From Raillietiella orientalis (Eukaryota), in contig JAYWIR010000140.1 in the NCBI GenBank assembly GCA_036172245.1, forward strand, positions 49,629 through 69,628: DNA of 20,000 nt, in the 5' to 3' direction. Under the pieces are notes generated by a model. It saw only the letters and a program-made list of their open reading frames with translations, was not told the origin of the DNA and did no database searches. How positions within the stretch are numbered: position 1 is the stretch's first letter; each line of letters begins with the position of its first letter. Positions 10,778 to 20,000 of the stretch are shown here, piece by piece. The position numbers and the translations under genes are program-made.

Positions 10778-13700
10778 GTGAATTACTTAATTGGATCTGA
10801 TTCATGGTGTGGTACAAATTTACATCTTTTGCTGGTTTGTAGTCAATTCAGAGTGAGGAGATTTCACCATGCACTGTTGCGCTTTTTCACGAAACATCCG
10901 TTGGCAGCGCGAGGAAATCTACCTGCATGGATCACCAAACTACCTTGCGATTTCCTGCGTTTAGAGTTGGATGAAGAACAGTCCGACATTTCATTAGGGC
11001 GGTGCACTTTGCACGCCGTGTTGTTTTCATGGCAACCACTGTCCGAATTGTTATGCGAATTATTTAATTCGATCTGATTTACGGTATTGTATATATTTAC
11101 ATCTTTTGCTGGTTTGTAATCAATTCGTAGTTCGGAGATTTCACCATTGCACTTTTGCGCTTTTTCACGAAACATACGTTGGCTGTGCAAGGCAATCTAC
11201 CGTCATGGATAACCGCACCACCTTGCGATTTCCTGGTTTCAGAGGTGGATTAAGAAAAGTCCGACATTTGTTTTGGGAGGGACACTTTGCACTCCGTGTT
11301 GTTTTCATGGAAACCACTATCGGAATTAGAAAGTGAATTATTTAATTCGATCTGATTCATGGTGTGGTACAAATTTACATCTTTTGCTGGTTTGTAATCA
11401 ATTCGAAGTGAGGAGATTTCACCATTGCACTTTTGCGCTTCTTCACGAAGCATCCGTCGGCAGCGCGAGGCAATCTACCGTCATGGATCACCGCACCACC
11501 TTGCGATTTGCTCTTTTCCGAGGTGTATTAAAAAAAGTCCGACATTTCATTAGGGCGAGGCACCTTGCACTCCGTGTTATTTTCATGACAACCACTTTCG
11601 GAATTGAAAAGTGAATTATTTAATTCGATCTGATTCACGGTATGCTATAAATTTACATCTTTTCGTGGTTTGTAATCAATTCGTAGTACGGAGATTCCAC
11701 CACTGCACTTTTGCGCTTCTTCACGAAGCATCCGTTAACAGCGTGTGGAAATCTACCGGCATGGATCACCACACTACCTTGCGATTTCTTGCGTTTAGAG
11801 GTGGATTAAGAAAAGCCCGACATTTGATTATGGTGGGACACTTTGCACTCCGTATTGTTTTCATGGCAACCACTGTCGGAATTAGAAAGTGAATTATTTA
11901 ATTCGATCTGATTCACGGTGTGGTACAAATTTGCATCTTTTGCTGGTTTGTAATCAATTCGAAGTGAGGAGATTTTATCATGCACTGTTGCGTTTTTCAC
12001 GAAGCATCCGTCGGCAGCGCGAGGCAATCTACCGTCATGGATAACCGCACTACCTTGCGATTCCCTGGTTTCAGAGGTGGATTAAGAAAAGTCCGACATT
12101 TGATTAGGGTGGGACACGTTGAACTCCGTATTGTTTTCATGGCAACCACTATCGGAATTAGAAAGCGAATTATTTAATTCGATCTGATTCATTTTATGGT
12201 ACAAATTAACATCTTTTGCTGGTTTGTAATCAATTCGTAGTACGGAGATTTCACCATTGCACTGTTGCGCTTTTTCACGAAATATACGTTGGCAGTGCGA
12301 GGGAATCTACCGTCATGGATAACCGCACCACCTTGCGATTTCCTGGTTTCAGAGGTGGATTAAGAAAAGTCCGACATTTGATTAGGGTGGGACACGTTGC
12401 ACTCCGTATTGTTTTCATGGCAACCACTATCGGAATTAGAAAGCGAATTATTTAATTCGATCTGATTCATTTTATGGTACAAATTAACATCTTTTGCTGG
12501 TTTGTAATCAATTCGTAGTACGGAGATTTCACCATGCACGGTTGCGCTTTTTCACGATGCATCCGTTGGCAGCGCGAGGCAATCTACCGTCATGGATAAC
12601 CGCACCATCATGCGATTTCCTGGATTCAGACGTGAATTAAGAAAAGTCCGAAATTTCATTAGGGCGGAACACTTTGCACTGCGTGTTGTTTTCATGGCAA
12701 CCACTATAGGAATAAGAATGCGAATTATTTAATTCGATCTGATTCATTTTATTGTACAAATTAACATCTTTTGCTGGTTTCTAATCAATTCGAAGTACGA
12801 AGATTTCACCATGCACTGTTGCGGTTTTTCACGAAACATCCGTTGGCAGCCGTCATGGATAACCGCACTACCTTGCGATTTCCTGGATTCAGAGGTGGAT
12901 TAAGAAAAGTCCGACATTTGATTAGGGTGGGACACTTTGCACTCCGTATTGTTTTCACGGCAACCAGTGTCGGAATAAGAAAGTGAATTCTTTAATTCGA
13001 TCTGATTCATGGTGTAATACAAATTTACATCTTTTGCTGGTTTGTAATCAATTTGAAGTGAGGAGATTTCACCATTGCACTTTTGCGCTTTTTCACGACG
13101 CATTTGTTGGCAGCGCGAGGAAATCTACCGGCATGGATCACCAAACTACCTTGCGATTTCCTGCGTTTAGAGGTGGATAAAGAACAGTCCGACATTTCAT
13201 TAGGGCGGGGCACTTTGCACGCCGTGTTGTTTTCATGGCAACCACTGTCGGAATTGTTATGCGAATTATTTTATTCGATCTGATTCACGGTATTGTATAA
13301 ATTTACATCTTTTGCTGGTTTGTAATAATTCGTAGTACGGAGATTTCACCATTGCACTTTTGCGCTTTTTCACGAAACATACGTTGGCTGTGCGAGGCAA
13401 TCTACCGTCATGGATAACCGCACAACCTTCCGATTTCCTGGTTTCAGAGGTGGATTAAGAAAAGTCCGACATTTGATTTGGGAGGGACACTTTGCACTCC
13501 GTATTGTTTTCATGGAAACCACTATCGGAATTAGAAAATGAATTATTTAATTCGATCTTATTCATTTTATGGTACAAATTTACAACTTTTGCTGGTTTGT
13601 AATCAATTCGTAGTACGGAGATTTCACCATGCACTGTTGCGGTTTTTCACGAAACATCCGTTGGCAGCCCGAGGCAATCTACCGTCATGGATAACCGCAC

Positions 13701-13812
13701 TCCATGCGAGTTCCTGGTTTCAGAGGTGGATTAAGAAAAGTCCGACATTTGATTAGGGTGGGACACTTTGCACTCCGTTTTGTTTGATGGCAACCACTGT
13801 CGGAGATAAAAA
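10778..13812 (+). repeat. HOR unit copy 2, 11 monomers (3035 bp), internally deleted variant
   Basis: Same first five monomers as copy 1. Lacks the TAAATCTATT/CATGCATAAC monomer and most of the AGAGCAACC monomer. Carries a 14-bp deletion near 12850. The 10224 block recurs at 12983. Confidence 0.85.
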
Positions 13813-16264
13813 GTGAATTACGCTAATTTGGATCTGATTCATGGTGTGGTACAAATTTACATCTTTTGCTGGTTTGTAGTCAATTCAGAGTGAAATTTCA
13901 CCATGAACTGTTGCGCTTTTTCACGAAACATCCGTTGGCAGCGCGAGGAAATCTACCTGCATGGATCACCAAACTACCTTGCGATTTCCTGCGTTTAGAG
14001 TTGGATGAAGAACAGTCCGACATTTCATTAGGGCGGTGCACTTTGCACGCCGTGTTGTTTTCATGGCAACCACTGTCCGAATTGTTATGCGAATTATTTA
14101 ATTCGATCTGATTTACGGTATTGTATATATTTACATCTTTTGCTGGTTTGTAATCAATTCGTAGTTCGGAGATTTCACCATTGCACTTTTGCGCTTTTTC
14201 ACGAAACATACGTTGGCTGTGCAAGGCAATCTACCGTCATGGATAACCGCACCACCTTGCGATTTCCTGGTTTCAGAGGTGGATTAAGAAAAGTCCGACA
14301 TTTGTTTTGGGAGGGACACTTTGCACTCCGTGTTGTTTTCATGGAAACCACTATCGGAATTAGAAAGTGAATTATTTAATTCGATCTGATTCATGGTGTG
14401 GGCACAAATTTAAATCTTTTGCTGGTTTGTAATCAATTCGAAGTGAGGAGATTTCACCATTGCACTTTTGCGCTTTTACACGAAGCATCCGTTGGTAGCG
14501 CGAGGCAATCTACCGTCATGGATAACCGCCCCATCATGCGATTTCATGGTTTCAGAGGTGGATTAAGAAAAGTCCGACATTTCATTAGGGCGGGGTACTT
14601 TGCACGATGTGTTGTTTTCATGGCAACCACTTTCGGAATTGAAAAGTGAATTATTTAATTCGATCTGATTCACGGTATGGTATAAATTTACAACTTTTGC
14701 TGGTTTCTAATCAATTCGAAGTGAGGAGATTTCACCACTGCACTTTTTTGCGCTTCTTCACGAAGCATCCGTTGGCAACGTGTGGAAGTCTACCGGCATG
14801 GATCACCACACTTCCTTGCGATTTCCTGTGTTGAGAAGTGGATTAAGATCACTCCGACATTTGATTAGGGTGGGACACTTTGCACTCCGTGTTGTTTTCA
14901 TGGCAACCACTGTCGGAATTAGAAAGTGAATTGTTTAATTCGATCTCATTCATGGTGTGGTCTAAAATTTGCATATTTTGCTGGTTTGTAATCAATTCGA
15001 AGTGAGGAGATTTTATCATGCACTGTTGCGTTTTTCACGAAGCATCAGGCGTGCATCGGCAGCGCGAGGCAATCTACCGTCATGGATAACCGCACTACCT
15101 TGCGATTCCCTGGTTTCAGAGGTGGATTAAGAAAAGTCCGACATTTGATTAGGGTGGGACACGTTGAACTCCGTATTGTTTTCATGGCAACCACTATAGG
15201 AATTAGAAAGCAGATTATTTAATTCGATCTGATTCATTTATGGTACAAATTAACATCTTTTGCTGGTTTGTAATCAATTCGTAGTACGGAGATTTCACCA
15301 TTGCACGTTGCGCTTTTCACCGCGAAATATGCAGTTGGCAGTGCGAGGGAATCTACCGTCATGGATAACCGCACCACCTTGCGATTTCCTGGTTCAGAAT
15401 TGGATTAAGAAAAGTCCGACATTTGATTAGGGTGGGACACGTTGCTCTCCGTGTTGTTTTGATAACAACCACTGTCGGAGTTAAAAAGTAAATTTTTTAG
15501 TTCGATCTGATTAACGGTATGGTATAAATTTACATCTTTTGCTGGTTTGTAATCAATTCGTAGTACGGAGATTTCACCATTGCACTGTTGCGCTTTTTTC
15601 ACGAAACATACGTTAGTGTGAGGCAATCTACCGTCATGCATAACCGCACCACCTTGCGATTTCCTGTGGTTTCAGAGGTGAATTAAAGAGCGTCCGACAT
15701 TTGATTAGGGTGGGACACTTTGCACTCCGTATTGTTTTCATGGCAACCACTGTCGGAATTAAGTGAATTATTTAATTCGATCTGATTCACAGTGTATTTC
15801 ATTTATCTTTGCTGGTTCGTAATCAATTCGAAGTGAGAGGAATTTTATCATGCACTGTTGCGTTTTCTGCAGAAGCATCATCAGCAGCGCAGGCAATCTA
15901 CCGTCATGGATAACCGCACTACCTTGCGATTCCCTGGTTTCAGAGGTGTATTAAGAAAAGTCCGACATTTGATTAGGGTGGGACACGTTGCACTCCGTAT
16001 TGTTTTCATGGCAACCACTATCGGAATTAGAAAGCGAATTATTTAATTCGATCTGATTCATTTTATGGTACAAATTAACATCTTTTGCTGGTTTGTAATC
16101 AATTCGTAGTACGGAGATTTCCGAGGCAATCTACCGTCATGGATAACCGCACTCCATGCGAGTTCCTGGTTTCAGAGGTGGATTAAGAAAAGTCCGACAT
16201 TTGATTAGGGTGGGACACTTTGCACTCCGTTTTGTTTGATGGCAACCACTGTCGGAGATAAAAA
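13813..16264 (+). repeat. HOR unit copy 3, 9 monomers (2452 bp), indel-rich variant
   Basis: Begins with the same diagnostic monomers (ORF 14140 = ORF 7501). Then two private monomers, a noisy copy of the 8325-9480 block, and a 44-bp deletion junction at ~16121. Confidence 0.8.
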
Positions 16265-19200
16265 GTGAATTACTTAATTGGATCTGATTCATGGTGTGGT
16301 ACAAATTTACATCTTTTGCTGGTTTGTAGTCAATTCAGAGTGAGGAGATTTCACCATGCACTGTTGCGCTTTTTCACGAAACATCCGTTGGCAGCGCGAG
16401 GAAATCTACCTGCATGGATCACCAAACTACCTTGCGATTTCCTGCGTTTAGAGTTGGATGAAGAACAGTCCGACATTTCATTAGGGCGGTGCACTTTGCA
16501 CGCCGTGTTGTTTTCATGGCAACCACTGTCCGAATTGTTATGCGAATTATTTAATTCGATCTGATTTACGGTATTGTATATATTTACATCTTTTGCTGGT
16601 TTGTAATCAATTCGTAGTTCGGAGATTTCACCATTGCACTTTTGCGCTTTTTCACGAAACATACGTTGGCTGTGCAAGGCAATCTACCGTCATGGATAAC
16701 CGCACCACCTTGCGATTTCCTGGTTTCAGAGGTGGATTAAGAAAAGTCCGACATTTGTTTTGGGAGGGACACTTTGCACTCCGTGTTGTTTTCATGGAAA
16801 CCACTATCGGAATTAGAAAGTGAATTATTTAATTCGATCTGATTCATGGTGTGGTACAAATTTACATCTTTTGCTGGTTTGTAATCAATTCGAAGTGAGG
16901 AGATTTCACCATTGCTCATTTGTGCTTCTTCACGAAGCATCCGTCGGCAGCGCGAGGCAATCTACCGTCATGGATCACCGCACCACCTTGCGATTTGCTC
17001 TTTTCCGAGGTGTATTAAAAAAAGTCCGACATTTCATTAGGGCGAGGCACCTTGCACTCCGTGTTATTTTCATGACAACCACTTTCGGAATTGAAAAGTG
17101 AATTATTTAATTCGATCTGATTCACGGTATGCTATAAATTTACATCTTTTCGTGGTTTGTAATCAATTCGTAGTACGGAGATTCCACCACTGCACTTTTG
17201 CGCTTCTTCACGAAGCATCCGTTAACAGCGTGTGGAAATCTACCGGCATGGATCACCACACTACCTTGCGATTTCTTGCGTTTAGAGGTGGATTAAGAAA
17301 AGCCCGACATTTGATTATGGTGGGACACTTTGCACTCCGTATTGTTTTCATGGCAACCACTGTCGGAATTAGAAAGTGAATTATTTAATTCGATCTGATT
17401 CACGGTGTGGTACAAATTTGCATCTTTTGCTGGTTTGTAATCAATTCGAAGTGAGGAGATTTTATCATGCACTGTTGCGTTTTTCACGAAGCATCCGTCG
17501 GCAGCGCGAGGCAATCTACCGTCATGGATAACCGCACTACCTTGCGATTCCCTGGTTTCAGAGGTGGATTAAGAAAAGTCCGACATTTGATTAGGGTGGG
17601 ACACGTTGAACTCCGTATTGTTTTCATGGCAACCACTATCGGAATTAGAAAGCGAATTATTTAATTCGATCCTATTCATTTTATGGTACAAATTAACATC
17701 TTTTGCTGGTTTGTAATCAATTCGTAGTACGGAGATTTCACCATTGCACTGTTGCGCTTTTTCACGAAATATACGTTGGCAGTGCGAGGGAATCTACCGT
17801 CATGGATAACCGCACCACCTTGCGATTTCCTGGTTTCAGAGGTGGATTAAGAAAAGTCCGACATTTGATTAGGGTGGGACACTTTGAACTCCGTGTTGTT
17901 TTGATGGCAACCACTTTCGGAGATAAAAACTAAATTATTTAATTGGATCTGATTCACGGTATGGTATAAATTTAAATCTATTGCTGGTTTGTAATCAATT
18001 CGTAGTACGGAGATTTCACCATTGCACTGTTGCGCTTTTTCACGAAACATACGTTGGCAGTGTGAGGCAATCTACCGTCATGCATAACCGCACCACCTTG
18101 CGATTTCCTGGTTTCAGAGGTGAATTAAGAAACGTCCGACATTTGATTAGGGTGGGACACTTTGCACTCCGTATTGTTTTCATGGCAACCACTGTCGGAA
18201 TTAGAAAGTGAATTATTTAATTCGATCTGATTCACGGTGTGGTACAAATTTGCATCTTTTGCTGGTTTGTAATCAATTCGAAGTGAGGAGATTTTATCAT
18301 GCACTGTTGCGTTTTTCACGAAGCATCCGTCGGCAGCGCGAGGCAATCTACCGTCATGGATAACCGCACTACCTTGCGATTCCCTGGTTTCAGAGGTGGA
18401 TTAAGAAAAGTCCGACATTTGATTAGGGTGGGACACGTTGCACTCCGTATTGTTTTCATGGCAACCACTATCGGAATTAGAAAGCGAATTATTTAATTCG
18501 ATCTGATTCATTTTATGGTACAAATTAACATCTTTTGCTGGTTTGTAATCAATTCGTAGTACGGAGATTTCACCATTGCACTGTTGCGCTTTTTCACGAA
18601 ATATACGTTGGCAGTGCGAGGGAATCTACCGTCATGGATAACCGCACCACCTTGCGATTTCCTGGTTTCAGAGGTGGATTAAGAAAAGTCCGACATTTGA
18701 TTAGGGTGGGACACTTTGCACTCCGTGTTGTTTTGATGGCAACCACTTTCGGAGATAAAAACTAAATTATTTAATTGGATCTGATTCACGGTATGGTATA
18801 AATTTAAATCTATTGCTGGTTTGTAATCAATTCGTAGTACGGAGATTTCACCATTGCACTGTTGCGCTTTTTCACGAAACATACGTTGGCAGTGTGAGGC
18901 AATCTACCGTCATGCATAACCGCACCACCTTGCGATTTCCTGGTTTCAGAGGTGAATTAAGAAACGTCCGACATTTGATTAGGGTGGGACACTTTGCACT
19001 CCGTATTGTTTTCATGGCAACCACTGTCGGAATTAGAAAGTGAATTATTTAATTCGATCTGATTCACGGTGTGGTACAAATTTGCATCTTTTGCTGGTTT
19101 GTAATCAATTCGAAGTGAGGAGATTTTATCATGCACTGTTGCGTTTTTCACGAAGCATCCGTCGGCAGCGCGAGGCAATCTACCGTCATGGATAACCGCA

Positions 19201-20000
19201 CTACCTTGCGATTCCCTGGTTTCAGAGGTGGATTAAGAAAAGTCCGACATTTGATTAGGGTGGGACACGTTGCACTCCGTATTGTTTTCATGGCAACCAC
19301 TATCGGAATTAGAAAGCGAATTATTTAATTCGATCTGATTCATTTTATGGTACAAATTAACATCTTTTGCTGGTTTGTAATCAATTCGTAGTACGGAGAT
19401 TTCACCATGCACGGTTGCGCTTTTTCACGATGCATCCGTTGGCAGCGCGAGGCAATCTACCGTCATGGATAACCGCACCATCATGCGATTTCCTGGATTC
19501 AGACGTGAATTAAGAAAAGTCCGAAATTTCATTAGGGCGGAACACTTTGCACTGCGTGTTGTTTTCATGGCAACCACTATAGGAATAAGAATGCGAATTA
19601 TTTAATTCGATCTGATTCATTTTATTGTACAAATTAACATCTTTTGCTGGTTTGTAATCAATTCGAAGTACGAAGATTTCACCATGCACTGTTGCGCTTT
19701 TTCACGAAGCATCCGTTGGCAGCGCGAGGAAATCTACCGGCATGGATCACCACACTACCTTTCGATTTCCTGCGTTTAGAGGTGGATGAAGAACAGTCCG
19801 ACATTTCATTAGGGCGGGGCACTTTGCACGCCGTGTTGTTTTCAGAGCAACCACTGTCGGAATTGAAATGCGAATTATTTAATTCGATCTGATTCACGGT
19901 ATGGTATGAATTTACATCTTTTGCCTGTTTGTAATCAATTCGAAGTACGGAGATTTCACCATGCACTGTTGCGGTTTTTCACGAAACATCCGTTGGCAGC
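16265..20000 (+). repeat. HOR unit copy 4, at least 14 monomers (truncated by window end), with expanded internal 3-mer
   Basis: Near-identical to 7173 onward at offset 9092 (ORFs 16265, 16593, 16820, 17098, 17467, 17703, 17981 and 18299 match), followed by one extra 832-bp module. Confidence 0.9.
17417..19400 (+). repeat. Nested 3-monomer repeat (832 bp period, ~2.3 copies)
   Basis: Marker gattttatcatgcac monomer at ~17460, 18292 and 19124. ORFs 17467/18299/19131, 17703/18535 and 17981/18813 are all spaced 832 bp. Confidence 0.92.

Larger units (their letters stand above)
1..20000. repeat. Satellite DNA tandem array, ~277-278 bp monomer, ~72 head-to-tail copies, extends beyond both window edges
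   Basis: Anchor motif tttacatcttttgctggtttgtaatcaattcg recurs at 1, 279, 556, 833, ~1113 and so on through ~19911, with 276-279 bp spacing. No unique sequence intervenes and no inversion is seen. Six-frame ORFs recur with 277/278 bp periodicity. Confidence 0.98.

Noticed and set aside
11..19966. About 100 short ORFs (60-132 aa) on both strands with mutually similar translations
   Set aside because: They are translations of the same monomer in shifting frames. The period (277/278) is not a multiple of 3, 1-bp indels and stops vary freely between copies, many start at TTG/GTG, and no domain is recognisable.
1..20000. CRISPR-like or cassette (integron/attC-like) array
   Set aside because: There are no unique spacers or cassettes: the whole unit is homologous between copies. 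No cas or integrase gene is present.

Overview
The whole 20 kb is one uninterrupted head-to-tail tandem array of a ~277-278 bp monomer (~72 copies, all in one orientation, roughly 40% GC by eye). It is satellite DNA, most plausibly eukaryotic (peri)centromeric or heterochromatic; I do not recognise the family or organism. I find no protein-coding gene, RNA gene, transposon or CRISPR array, and all listed ORFs are by-products of the repeat. The interest is in the array architecture. There are several monomer subtypes and nested higher-order repeats (HORs). A recent, near-identical multi-monomer unit recurs from 7173, 10778, 13813 and 16265 with lengths of 13, 11, 9 and 14+ monomers, and contains a 3-mer (832 bp) module that varies in copy number. 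Older, more diverged 3-, 4/5- and 14-mer duplications lie in the left 7 kb. Other features are in-register chimeric monomers, two out-of-register deletions (14 bp, 44 bp), an indel-rich stretch that may be an assembly artefact, and signs that the monomer is itself an ancient dimer of ~125-140 bp halves.
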